Part shown: piece by piece, positions 16,782 to 25,925 of the stretch
How the letters are laid out: every line of letters begins with the position of its first letter
Numbering within the stretch: the first letter of the stretch is position 1
IMG/VR virus record: IMGVR_UViG_3300036825_000059
Location: 1 to 46,963 of that record
Reading direction: 5' to 3' (one strand)
Length of the DNA: 46,963 nucleotides
Source of the DNA: a virus
Taxonomy: Duplodnaviria; Caudoviricetes
Program-made: the position numbers and the translations under genes
Notes under the pieces: model-generated
What the model was told of the DNA's origin: nothing
The model's input: the letters and a program-made list of their open reading frames with translations, nothing else
Databases searched by the model: none

Positions 16782-17465
16782 TCAGGCGATCGCTTCGGGC
16801 CCGGCGGTCAGCGCATCGAGCGCGTAAATTGTCCGGTCGCGGCGGTCTTCGTGGCCGTGCGGCATGCTCTGGCTGTTGGCGTTGCCGATGTTGACCGCGC
16901 GCGATGCGGCCAGCCAGTCGTGCTTGTCGAAGATCGGCAAAATCCTGTTCTGCGAGCACCACCACGCGGACGCGCGCGCGGCGTGGACGGGTTGCTCCAG
17001 CAGCGACGGGTCCTGTACGTAATCGACCTTTAGCGCGGTGGCCGCTTCGCTTATGTTGGCCAGCCCTGTGAGCTGGATCAATCCGCGCCCGCGATATCGC
17101 CACCCATCACCGCTCGACTCGCTCCCGTTACCCATGCGGTTCGCGTAGACATTGTTTGCGATCGCGGGCGGATTGCGCTGTAGCTGGTTGGCCAGCGAGT
17201 TAGGCAACCATCGGCCGGCGGCGTTCTTCGTGCCGTTCGAGTAGCGCGTCGGCCACGTGTTGGCGAGGCCATCCGCGCTGTAGTTCAGGTTCTCGACGAG
17301 CCGCGTAAAGTCCGCGGATTCATGACCGCACTGGCCAATGAAACCGGCGATACGCGCGGCCGTGTTGATTTCGAATTCGTCCATTGCATCGCTAAGCGGC
17401 GCGAGCCAGCGCGAAACGTCCACGCGCGGCGCGGCCGCCGCGAGTTGAGCGGCAGTAATCGGCAT
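16782..17465 (-). CDS. Endolysin, glycoside hydrolase family 19
   Basis: FIGQCGHES, ENLNYS, DGWRYRGRGLIQLTG; start MPITAAQL. Confidence 0.92.
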   Translation of the reverse strand: MPITAAQLAAAAPRVDVSRWLAPLSDAMDEFEINTAARIAGFIGQCGHESADFTRLVENLNYSADGLANTWPTRYSNGTKNAAGRWLPNSLANQLQRNPPAIANNVYANRMGNGSESSGDGWRYRGRGLIQLTGLANISEAATALKVDYVQDPSLLEQPVHAARASAWWCSQNRILPIFDKHDWLAASRAVNIGNANSQSMPHGHEDRRDRTIYALDALTAGPEAIA

Positions 17466-17482
17466 GATGGGGGTTCCTTCGG

Positions 17483-18040
17483 TCAGTGCTTCGGCGGGGC
17501 GGGCGGCTTGGTCGGGCGGAAAGTCGGGGATAGCGTCTGGTCGACGAACCAGAAAGTTACGGTGCCCGCAAAAATGGTTATGTCGTCGTCGGTCCAGATA
17601 AGCCCCGCGATATCGGCAAAGGGCGTGTGCTGGATGAACGCGATCGCCAGCATGTCGACCTTGTAGGTCGTGTAAAGCAGTAGCAGCCACATCGTGATCG
17701 CCGGACGGACCAGCACGTTTAACGCGTCGACCCATCCCACGCCCGAGCTTTTCGCCTGGGCCTGCTGCGCGATAAACGCGGTCTGCTGCGCGACGAGCGC
17801 GGTCTGTGCGCGCGTGGATTCAATGGCCGCCTGTGTCTCGCTGTCAGCCGTCGAGCCTTTGGCCTGGGCGAGCGCTACGGCGCCGTCGAGCTCCGCGCGT
17901 TTCTGCTCGAGCGCTATCTTTGCGAGCTCGACCTCGTTACTGGTGGATTTGCGTTTCTGCCATGCGTCTATCAGCAGCGGCAGCAGGCGCAACGCGCCGC
18001 CACCGAGCGCCCCAAAAATCGCCATAAATGCGGATGCCAT
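17483..18040 (-). CDS. Holin (3-TM, GTA-type)
   Basis: N-terminal hydrophobic helix, coiled coil, WVDALNVLVRPAIT..TFWF; upstream of endolysin. Confidence 0.78.
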   Translation of the reverse strand: MASAFMAIFGALGGGALRLLPLLIDAWQKRKSTSNEVELAKIALEQKRAELDGAVALAQAKGSTADSETQAAIESTRAQTALVAQQTAFIAQQAQAKSSGVGWVDALNVLVRPAITMWLLLLYTTYKVDMLAIAFIQHTPFADIAGLIWTDDDITIFAGTVTFWFVDQTLSPTFRPTKPPAPPKH

Positions 18041-18162
18041 AGCCGGACCTCCAGAATCGTCCAGGATCGTCCCGCGCCGCCGGGCCTATGCGAACACACG
18101 CCCGCGAGCCTGCGGGCGTCGCCAGCGGCCGGATTTCGACGTTTTCGCCAGTAATTTCGCGG

Positions 18163-18597
18163 TTACGGACCGTCAGGGGGCGTCGGCCAGTCGATTTCGA
18201 ACGGAAAACCGGGCTGTTGGGGCACGTCGCGCATGGCCTGACGCCATTCGAGCCAGGGGCCGTTTGAATGCACCAGCGCGGCCGGCGCGTCGGCCGGAAA
18301 CGCGACCTTGCTATCGGACCAGCCCAGCGCGCGATCGCGATAGAAGCGCGCGAGCGCGGCGCGGTACCGCTCCTCGTCGGCGGCGAACGTTTGCGCGAGC
18401 TCGTTCATGTCGGGCATGTCGATTTGAGCGGCGGCCCACCACATGAAAAAGGGAGCGCCGGCGGGTTCGTGGTTTTCGTCGACGGGGTGTCCGATCATGT
18501 AATCACGGCCATGCTTCAGGTGTGGCCATCGCTCATTCATCACCATGATGGCCAGATCGTTGCAGAAGGGGCCGGTAACGTGGTCGGTAATGTTCAT
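18163..18597 (-). CDS. Tail fibre assembly chaperone (XkdW-like)
   Basis: WRQAMRDVPQQPGFPFEIDWPTPP C-terminus; follows fibre 3. Confidence 0.85.
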   Translation of the reverse strand: MNITDHVTGPFCNDLAIMVMNERWPHLKHGRDYMIGHPVDENHEPAGAPFFMWWAAAQIDMPDMNELAQTFAADEERYRAALARFYRDRALGWSDSKVAFPADAPAALVHSNGPWLEWRQAMRDVPQQPGFPFEIDWPTPPDGP

Positions 18598-18599
18598 GG

Positions 18600-20054
18600 C
18601 TAGTTGTTGCGCAGAATGTTGACGTAGACGTGCATGGTCGTCCAGGTCATCAGCATGCCGACGACGACATAGGGCGAGCCAGGATTGACCTGGCCGCCGG
18701 CGCCCGCTGTGTCGACGGAACCCGCCTCGACGGTGTTGGTCGCGTAGACGCACCACGCGTAACGATCGGCTTTGCCCGCGCCCATATCGGAAACGGACTG
18801 GCCGACCCACGCATGGATGCCGTTAGGAAAAAGCCCGCCAACGATATTGCCGTCTGGTCCGAGCGTCGCGTTTCCGTAGCCGGTGGAAAGCGAACCGAGC
18901 AGTCTAAGATTGCCGCCGTTATCCATGTCTCCGACAATCTGGTTGTAGTCGTTATTGACCCACTGCATCCCCCCGCCTTCAGTGCCGCGCCCGCGCAGAA
19001 ACATAACCGTGCCGTTGGCGCTGTACATGCCAATCTCGCCCCATGACTGGCCATTGCGCACCTGTATCCGTCCACCGTCGACGCGCAAACCGCCGCTGAT
19101 CGTTGCACTCCCCCGCGTGTAGGTGTTGCCCGAGTTGTCGACCTGGAAATTCCACCAGGCAAGCGTACTGTCGACGAAGCCCATACCCGAGGCGCTACCG
19201 GCGGCGCCGGCCGCTCCATACGAGCCGAGATATCCGTAACCGACTGCCGCGCTGTTCTGGAACATTACGTTGGCGCCGCGCATTATCAGCGCGCCGGTCA
19301 TCGTGTCGCCGGTCTTTTTCACGAACGCGGCCGGGTCGATCGCGGCCGCATGCGCCGCCGAGTCGAGCGCGCTCTGTGCGGATGCCGCCGCGCTGCCGGC
19401 GGCCGCCGTCGCGCTCTGTCCCGCGCGTGTCTCCGATCCGCCCGCCGTGACCGCGCTCGCGGCCGCCTGGCCCGCGTACTGGCTGGACGTCTGAACGTCG
19501 AGCCCGGTTTGATGCTCGCTCGCGGCCGCTGCCGTCGCGCTGCCGTCCGCCGCTTTTTCGCTCGCGGCCGCATTTGAGGCGGCGGTGCTCGCGCGGTCGG
19601 CGTTCTGCTGTACGTTCGCCTGCGCGTCTACGGCGGCGTCCCGCGCGGAGCTCGCGCCGGCATAGGCCGCTTCCGCGCGATCGGCTGAATCATTCGCGGC
19701 GACTGCATCAGCGGCCACCGTTACCGCGTAGCCTTCGACCAGATCGGCCGACGCGCCCGCATGCTGCGCGTCCTGCGATGCGCTCGCGGCCGAGGCCTGC
19801 GCCGCGCCCGCCGCCTGCGTCGCGTCGGTGGCGCCCTGCATGATCGTCGCCACGTCCGGCGCAATCATGTCCTGTACGTTGGCGATGACCTTGGAGACGG
19901 ACGGGACCTGACGCCCGTCGACGGTCACATAGTCGGTGCTCTCGTCGGCATTAACCCAAATCTCAATGCGCGCGACGTCTTCTTCAAAGCGCGCGGCGAT
20001 CGTGTCGAGATCGTCCATTGCAGTCGCTTCGCGGCCGGGTACGCTGCTCATCAT
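18600..20054 (-). CDS. Tail fibre/spike protein 3
   Basis: N-terminal anchor shared with fibre 2, Ala-rich stalk, VKKTGDTMTGAL, Gly-rich beta C-terminus. Confidence 0.85.
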   Translation of the reverse strand: MMSSVPGREATAMDDLDTIAARFEEDVARIEIWVNADESTDYVTVDGRQVPSVSKVIANVQDMIAPDVATIMQGATDATQAAGAAQASAASASQDAQHAGASADLVEGYAVTVAADAVAANDSADRAEAAYAGASSARDAAVDAQANVQQNADRASTAASNAAASEKAADGSATAAAASEHQTGLDVQTSSQYAGQAAASAVTAGGSETRAGQSATAAAGSAAASAQSALDSAAHAAAIDPAAFVKKTGDTMTGALIMRGANVMFQNSAAVGYGYLGSYGAAGAAGSASGMGFVDSTLAWWNFQVDNSGNTYTRGSATISGGLRVDGGRIQVRNGQSWGEIGMYSANGTVMFLRGRGTEGGGMQWVNNDYNQIVGDMDNGGNLRLLGSLSTGYGNATLGPDGNIVGGLFPNGIHAWVGQSVSDMGAGKADRYAWCVYATNTVEAGSVDTAGAGGQVNPGSPYVVVGMLMTWTTMHVYVNILRNN

Positions 20055-21292
20055 TGCCCCCTTCTGCGTCCGTATAACGACAGCGCGCCCGCCGAAAAGC
20101 CGTGCGAACTGCCGAAAATACGCAACGCATTAACCGGCGTGCCGGGTAGCGCCTGCAAAGCGCCGCTGCCGGTCAATCTCGTTATCGCGCCAGTTGATCC
20201 GATGCCGCCCAGGTCAAACGTCACATAGGGCATGCGCGCGGGCGTGGCCAGATTGAAGAACCGGATAATCCCGTTAATCTGCCCCCAGGGCGCCCCAACC
20301 AGAATGCCGCTCATGTTGCCCCACATGGCTATCGTGTTCTGGTTCGTGAGGGAACCCACGGTCATGTTCGTCCCGCTGTTAAAAATCTGGACACTGGCAT
20401 ATTGCGTATTGATGAAACTCACGCCGTTGTCGTATGAAAACTGGACGCTGAATTGGGAGAGGTCCTGGTAAGCCACCAGCCCACTAACGACCATTTCATA
20501 CTGGTCATAAGGCCCGGTCAGGTTCCGGAAAATGTTCTGGTTCACGCCGCCGCCGTCCGGCCCTTGCGTTTCCAGCAGCACCAGACCGGGCGCGCCTTGC
20601 GCTGCCTCGCGCGCGCTTTCCGCCGCTGCCGTTGCACTTTCGCCGGCCGCCGTTGCACTTTGCGCGGCCTGCGTTGCACTTTGTCCCGCTGTCGTTACGC
20701 TTTGATCGGCCGCAAGCGCGCTGCCCGCCGCTTCGGTGGCCAGTTCTTCGACCGCCTGCAGGTCGAGCCCGGTTTGGGTCGCGCTGGCTGCGGCCGCTGT
20801 CTCGCTCGCGCTCGCGCGCGTGGCGCTGCTGGCCGCCGCGTCCGCGTTCTGCTGGACGCTGTTCTGTGCGCCTACAGCTTCATCGCGCGCCGAGCTGGCC
20901 GCGTCTTTCGCCGCTTCCGCGCGGTCGGCGTCGTCGCCGGCGGCGATCGCATCAGCCTGGGTCGAGAGCGCGGCCGCCTGCGCGGTGGCCGCATCATTGG
21001 ACGCCGTACCCGCGCTGCCTGAGGCCGCCTGCGCGCTCTGGCCGGCGGAACTGGCCGCCGCCTGGCTCGCCTGGAGCGCCGAGTCGATCGCTTCAATGTC
21101 CGGCCGCAGCATTTCGTCGACGTTGGCTATGACTTTCGACAGGCTCGGAACGGCGCGGCCGTCCTCGGTTGTGTAGTCGGCCGTCTCGTCGCCGTTCGTA
21201 AAAATGTTGATGCGTGCGACGTCTTCTTCGAACTGCGCCGTTATTACGTCGAGGTCGTCCATAGGCGACGCATCGCGTGCGATTCGTGGCAT
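20051..21292 (-). CDS. Tail fibre/spike protein 2
   Basis: Shared anchor, Ala/Ser stalk, C-terminal beta-rich domain ending SAGALSLYG. Confidence 0.8.
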   Translation of the reverse strand: MPRIARDASPMDDLDVITAQFEEDVARINIFTNGDETADYTTEDGRAVPSLSKVIANVDEMLRPDIEAIDSALQASQAAASSAGQSAQAASGSAGTASNDAATAQAAALSTQADAIAAGDDADRAEAAKDAASSARDEAVGAQNSVQQNADAAASSATRASASETAAAASATQTGLDLQAVEELATEAAGSALAADQSVTTAGQSATQAAQSATAAGESATAAAESAREAAQGAPGLVLLETQGPDGGGVNQNIFRNLTGPYDQYEMVVSGLVAYQDLSQFSVQFSYDNGVSFINTQYASVQIFNSGTNMTVGSLTNQNTIAMWGNMSGILVGAPWGQINGIIRFFNLATPARMPYVTFDLGGIGSTGAITRLTGSGALQALPGTPVNALRIFGSSHGFSAGALSLYGRRRGQ

Positions 21293-21295
21293 GGT

Positions 21296-21751
21296 CTATT
21301 CCCCTTTGTGCGGCCGCAATGGATCGAGCGGGACCGGCCGCATTTCGGGCGGGTCGGGCATCACCACCTGGCCCGGAAAGCCCGGTTGCTGGTGGACCAT
21401 GCGAAGCTGTACGCGATAGAGTCGCAACCCTTGCAGGTACGCGAGTCCGTCCTCGTTGAGCTCGCCCAGCGCCGCCAGATCGGAATACGCATCAAAGAGC
21501 GGACCGACTTCCGCGAGCCGTTGCGCGATGATGCGCAAAACGTTATCGGCAAAGCGGTGCGACACGTCGACGAACGTCCAGCGCTGCGCGGCCGGATCAA
21601 ATACCGCCGCCTCGAATGCGCGTGCAACCGGCGGCGCCACGGTCGTCGCGTTGGCCGGTATCAGGAATTCGCCAGGCGTGAGCGGATCGGGGTCGGCGTC
21701 GGCCGAGTCGATTAGTTCAAACGTCAGCGGATCGTAGTTATAGACTTTCAC
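21296..21751 (-). CDS. Tail fibre assembly chaperone
   Basis: VYNYDPLT..ADPDPL..FLIPANATTVAPP..YRVQL..QQPGFP. Confidence 0.88.
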   Translation of the reverse strand: MKVYNYDPLTFELIDSADADPDPLTPGEFLIPANATTVAPPVARAFEAAVFDPAAQRWTFVDVSHRFADNVLRIIAQRLAEVGPLFDAYSDLAALGELNEDGLAYLQGLRLYRVQLRMVHQQPGFPGQVVMPDPPEMRPVPLDPLRPHKGE

Positions 21752-21761
21752 GACCGCGCCC

Positions 21762-22775
21762 CTAGTACTTGATGCAAGCGAGCAAAGCTATGTTGCGCGG
21801 GCGGGTTTCGGTGCCGCCCTGCCAGTCGGTCTGTATCGCGTGCTGGTGGCCGCCGGCCGCACCGATGCTCACGCCCACGTTATGCGCGTGGAGCCCGTCG
21901 CCCGCAATGCCGATGTTGGCTGTCGCCGCCGCCGTCTGGTAGCGGTAGGCGGACGGGTTGCCACCTATGGAGGCCCACGGCGGGCCGCCGCCGGGCTGAT
22001 CCGAAATAACGCCGAAGCCCAGCGGGTGAAGGTGGCCGTTGTCGACCACGGCGTGACCGTGCCAGCCCTGAACGTCAGTCCATGCGCTTGCGCCGTGCGC
22101 GTGATCGCCCACGAATAGCGCGGTTCCGCCGTGCCAGTGCGATTGGAACGAGGCGCCTTGCCAGTTTCCGATGCCGCGCCCCGGATCGACGCCGCGCCCG
22201 TCATCCAGACAGCGGATGAACTCGCCGCGCACGTCCGGAATCGCAAAAGTGCTGCTGTCGGGCGCCCCGTACATCGTGCCGATGGCCGCGTAAAGGTTCG
22301 AGTACGTCAGGCGCGAGAGCGCCGCGCCGTTCATGCGCAGCCAGCCCGCCGGCGGCGTTGGCGTGGCAAAGAGACCGAACAGCCCCGGCGGGGCTAGCTG
22401 GAGCGCGGTGGCCGCGTCCGCGAGCTGAATCCATGTCGTCGCGTCCGAGCCCGGCCGCACGTTTGAATGCGCGCGCGTTGAGCGGAATAGCAGCGCGTCG
22501 AGACTGACGACCGAGCCGACCGCATACAGGGTCGTCCCGCGCCACTCGGAGACGCCACGCTGAAGAAAATAGTTCGTGGCCGCGTCGATCCGCGCGAGCA
22601 ACGCATTGAACCATTCCATCGGTGGGAAGCCGCCATTGCCCCCACTGTCCGGATTGTCGAACGTCAGACCCCAACCGCGCGGGATATCGGGAAAGGGGCG
22701 CACCTCGCCGCTATTCGCTGCGCTCGCGAATAACTCCTCGTCCGGTCGCACCAGCAGAGTATTAGCCATTTGCAT
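21762..22775 (-). CDS. Tail fibre protein 1 (collar domain, His-x-His tip)
   Basis: GFPPMEWFN, PPAGWLRMNGAALSRLTYSNLYAAIG..PDVRGEFIR..D.GRG.D, HxH repeats, ETRPRNIALLACIKY. Confidence 0.92.
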   Translation of the reverse strand: MQMANTLLVRPDEELFASAANSGEVRPFPDIPRGWGLTFDNPDSGGNGGFPPMEWFNALLARIDAATNYFLQRGVSEWRGTTLYAVGSVVSLDALLFRSTRAHSNVRPGSDATTWIQLADAATALQLAPPGLFGLFATPTPPAGWLRMNGAALSRLTYSNLYAAIGTMYGAPDSSTFAIPDVRGEFIRCLDDGRGVDPGRGIGNWQGASFQSHWHGGTALFVGDHAHGASAWTDVQGWHGHAVVDNGHLHPLGFGVISDQPGGGPPWASIGGNPSAYRYQTAAATANIGIAGDGLHAHNVGVSIGAAGGHQHAIQTDWQGGTETRPRNIALLACIKY

Positions 22776-23442
22776 AGTCCGTTATGCGTTGAAGGGCGTC
22801 CGGCAGTGTCACGTTCGTGATCCGGTGGATCGTCGCCATCACGGTCGGGTCGAAGTCGTAGTCGGTATTGATAAGCAGCTGTACGCCGCTCGCGCGCGGT
22901 AGCAGATCCATCTTTTCGAAAACGAAACTCACGAACGGGGTAACGCGCGAGCGGATCGCGAAAATCGTGACCGTCATATCGAGGTTGTCTATCGCGTTCG
23001 CATACGAGCCGCCCAGCAGGACATTCAGTGCCTGCATGAGGTTCGGAATCGTGCCGCTCTGATAGTTTTTGATGACCTTCAGGCGGATAAGCGTGCGCAT
23101 TTCGTCGTCGTTGGCGAGCGAGCTGTCCGCGATCGCGCCGCCGTAGCGGTACCACTTGCCACCGAGCCGCTGGCCACGCGTGAAGGGTCCCGCGTAGGGG
23201 TTGTTCTCGAACCCGAAAAAGTTGCGCGGCGTGGACGCCGACAACACGCGCGAGATACCGACAATGCGCCCGATTATGTCGAGGCTTACGCCGGTGGCGT
23301 TGTCGATATCGTAGGTGTCTGTCAGGCTCGTTAAGCCGTTCCACGTGGGCTCAACCAGGCTGTCAAACAGTTGCGCGGTCTGCACCGCGCGCGCCTTGCC
23401 CTTGTATTGCCAGATAAGTAAATCGGCATAGGCCACGATCAT
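22762..23442 (-). CDS. Baseplate wedge protein (DUF2612-like)
   Basis: LLIWQYKGK..DIDNATGVSLDIIGRIVG..LLPRASGV; after baseplate J. Confidence 0.85.
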   Translation of the reverse strand: MIVAYADLLIWQYKGKARAVQTAQLFDSLVEPTWNGLTSLTDTYDIDNATGVSLDIIGRIVGISRVLSASTPRNFFGFENNPYAGPFTRGQRLGGKWYRYGGAIADSSLANDDEMRTLIRLKVIKNYQSGTIPNLMQALNVLLGGSYANAIDNLDMTVTIFAIRSRVTPFVSFVFEKMDLLPRASGVQLLINTDYDFDPTVMATIHRITNVTLPDALQRITDYANG

Positions 23443-24644
23443 TCCCCTTCGGCGGTAGGTTCGGCGGGTTGGACTGGCGGGGCGGCCTGGTTGCGCGTCT
23501 GGACCACGTTGATAACGATGTTGGCCACATCAATCACGGCCTTGTCGCGCGGTCCTATCTCGATATCGTTCTGCGAGAGTGCAGTAGGCGAAATACCGAT
23601 CGACAGCGCGGTCACGATGAAGCCGGGGACCTCGTACATCACGCCATAGAGTTCGGTGCGGATGACCGGCTCGCCAATATGGAACAGCGTTTCGGAAAGT
23701 ACCCGCTTGATGCTGTCCTCGTCGATATCCGTAAAATTCGCGCGCCGTGTGACCGTCATTTCAAGGTAGATCGCGACCTTGCCGGGCCTGTCGTAAAAGA
23801 TTTCGCGCGATCGTGAGAACTCGTCAATTACATAGACGCTCGTCTCGCCCTGCATGCCGGTGCCGGCCGGTTTGAGCGCGAGAATGATCCGGCCGATAGC
23901 GAACTCGTCGCCACCGTCGACCACCGCGTTAATGGAGTTCGGCTGGACGCCGTTGGCGTCGACTACCTTGGTGTAGTTCTCGTAGACCTGGGCGTCGTCG
24001 ACGCCCGTCAGCGCCAGCAGGTTTCCGCGCATGCTGGCGGCGTCGTCGTCGGCCGTGCGCTCGCGCGAGAGATAGAACCGGGCGCGCAAGTCGGGGTCGC
24101 GCTCCTGATTCGCGCCAGGTGTCGCCGCCTGGGAAGTAACCGCCGTGCGCCAGCCCGTTACGCCCGACTGGATCGTCAGGACCTCATTGCGGCCGACCGA
24201 GTAGGCGCCCGGTTCGACCGACTGAAAATCAACGCGGGCGCTGCCGTTGGCGTCGAGTGTCACGCGCTGCACCGATCGCCACGCGACCTTTGAAGGGTCG
24301 GTTACGGTCGAGTCCGCGGGGATGGGCGTGCGCGCGGCGCCCGAGAGGATGACCGAGCGCAGCCATGAAACGTTGCTCTGAAAGCGGCGCGTGCCGGAAA
24401 ACGCCACGATGCGGTCAAGGTTCGGGCCCGTCGCATAGTCGGGGTCCATCTGCCGCCACATTTCGCCGGCCAGTTCTTCAAGGTCGGCCAGCGCCTGGGA
24501 AAACAGCCCGATCATCTGGCCGTCCGGTGAGTCCGGATCGGTGTCGATATCGGCGCCGTAAATCGTGCGCATGCCCGTATCCATGCGCGTGATAATTTCG
24601 TCCAGGCGCTGGATTACGAAGCCTTCAGGAGTTAGCTGGCCCAT
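23439..24644 (-). CDS. Baseplate J/gp47-like protein
   Basis: SPDGQMIG..DPDYATGPNLD..ERDPDLRAR..YEN..VVDGG. Confidence 0.9.
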   Translation of the reverse strand: MGQLTPEGFVIQRLDEIITRMDTGMRTIYGADIDTDPDSPDGQMIGLFSQALADLEELAGEMWRQMDPDYATGPNLDRIVAFSGTRRFQSNVSWLRSVILSGAARTPIPADSTVTDPSKVAWRSVQRVTLDANGSARVDFQSVEPGAYSVGRNEVLTIQSGVTGWRTAVTSQAATPGANQERDPDLRARFYLSRERTADDDAASMRGNLLALTGVDDAQVYENYTKVVDANGVQPNSINAVVDGGDEFAIGRIILALKPAGTGMQGETSVYVIDEFSRSREIFYDRPGKVAIYLEMTVTRRANFTDIDEDSIKRVLSETLFHIGEPVIRTELYGVMYEVPGFIVTALSIGISPTALSQNDIEIGPRDKAVIDVANIVINVVQTRNQAAPPVQPAEPTAEGE

Positions 24645-24993
24645 CGTTCACCACCGCGAGGTTGAGGTCGTCGTCGTCCGTAGTGGTCACGGCGGCCGTG
24701 ATCGTCAGATGGCGATCGGGGGTAAGCACAAGGTCCAGCTCGTCGAGCTGCGCAATACCACTCGTTTGCAGGATCATCATTCGCGCGGCGCGTTCGATAT
24801 CGGGCAGGTTGCCGGGCTTTTCGAAGTCGTCGAGCCACGGCATGCCGTGCGACAGGTCGAGAAACCAGTCGCCCAGGAATGACAGCAGCCGGCAGCTGGT
24901 GCGCTGCGCGGTCGACTCGCTGTGATCGGCGTAATTGGACCGGCCGTGCCCGAATGTCCAGTCCCCGTATGCGTCCAGGCGTCTGACTCTCAT
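24625..24993 (-). CDS. Baseplate wedge / sheath initiator-like protein
   Basis: MRVRRLDAYGDWTFG..LGDWFLD..GMPW. Confidence 0.82.
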   Translation of the reverse strand: MRVRRLDAYGDWTFGHGRSNYADHSESTAQRTSCRLLSFLGDWFLDLSHGMPWLDDFEKPGNLPDIERAARMMILQTSGIAQLDELDLVLTPDRHLTITAAVTTTDDDDLNLAVVNDGPANS

Positions 24994-25004
24994 GAGCGTT
25001 TGTC

Positions 25005-25042
25005 CAAAAAAAATCCCACGCACCGCGAGGCGCATGGGATTA
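25005..25042 (-). terminator. Intrinsic terminator in baseplate operon (distal)
   Basis: Minus: AATCCCATGCGC..GTGCGTGGGATT followed by T-run. Confidence 0.7.
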
Positions 25043-25076
25043 ACGGAACCCCACCCGAGACGGGCGAGGACTCAAT

Positions 25077-25106
25077 AAAAAGGGACGCGCGAAGGGTAGC
25101 GCGCCC
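25077..25106 (-). terminator. Intrinsic terminator in baseplate operon (proximal)
   Basis: Minus: GGGCGCGC-tacccttc-GCGCGTCCC-TTTTT. Confidence 0.65.
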
Positions 25107-25175
25107 GGTTCCGGTCTGGACTGAGCCACGTAGAGGGAGCCACGTGTGGATGGCCAGCGATGACCGGAAAAACCG

Positions 25176-25925
25176 TCAGAAGGGATAGCCCACGTTGCCG
25201 CCTTCCGGATTCGGGTGCAAGTGCCGGTCATGGCTTGGCACGTTGGGCGTCGCGATATCGAGCGCGCGCATGATGTTGGCAAAGACCGCCTGCCCCGCGC
25301 CGCCGTTACCCGCTTCGCTCGACAGGTTGCCAACCAGGTGCGTATTGCCGTTTAGCACGATGCCGGCGGGCGCGTTAATCACGAACTGGCCAGCAGGCGA
25401 AAGCACGGTCGAGCCGCCGGAATTGCGGTTCGTTATCGTGCCGTCCGGATCGAGCCGCACCGTCTGCGCGCCATCCAGTGAGCGCAATTCCGCGCTCGTC
25501 AGGCTGTAGCCCGGTATCACGCTCGCGCGCGTGGGAAAGCCCACCAGCGCGAACGCGTCCGACAGGTCGTGCATGCGGAAGTCCGCGGGCGCGTCCTGGG
25601 AGCCCGAGTTAAACCATGAATCTATACAGCGGTCCGAGAAAATCACCAGACATTCGTTGCCCTCGGCCACCGGCATGGTGCAAATGAACGGCCCGCCGCT
25701 TAGTGTAAAGAGCGGTACATCGTGCAATTCCGGATAGGGTTCGTGCGTGCCATCCGTCAGAAGCTGGTCGATCATCGGCTGAACCGACACGCACGGCGGC
25801 TCTGCGGTGATTCGCGTTATCCGGCCCGGCATCGCTACGCGCAAGTCCAGCTTGACGCCTTCGGCGTTCGCGTCCAGCGCGCGATCGAGCCCGCCCTGTT
25901 CAAAATCGTAGTTACCGTTATTCAT
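25176..25925 (-). CDS. Baseplate central spike (Gp138-like)
   Basis: VAMPGRI..VQP..GNECLVIFSDRCIDSWF..RMHDLSDAF; tip HDRHLH. Confidence 0.88.
   Translation of the reverse strand: MNNGNYDFEQGGLDRALDANAEGVKLDLRVAMPGRITRITAEPPCVSVQPMIDQLLTDGTHEPYPELHDVPLFTLSGGPFICTMPVAEGNECLVIFSDRCIDSWFNSGSQDAPADFRMHDLSDAFALVGFPTRASVIPGYSLTSAELRSLDGAQTVRLDPDGTITNRNSGGSTVLSPAGQFVINAPAGIVLNGNTHLVGNLSSEAGNGGAGQAVFANIMRALDIATPNVPSHDRHLHPNPEGGNVGYPF

Noticed and set aside
18600-21292. Diversity-generating retroelement or invertible fibre cassette
   Set aside because: No reverse transcriptase, TR/VR pair or invertase; the fibres are co-oriented and similar only at their 5' ends
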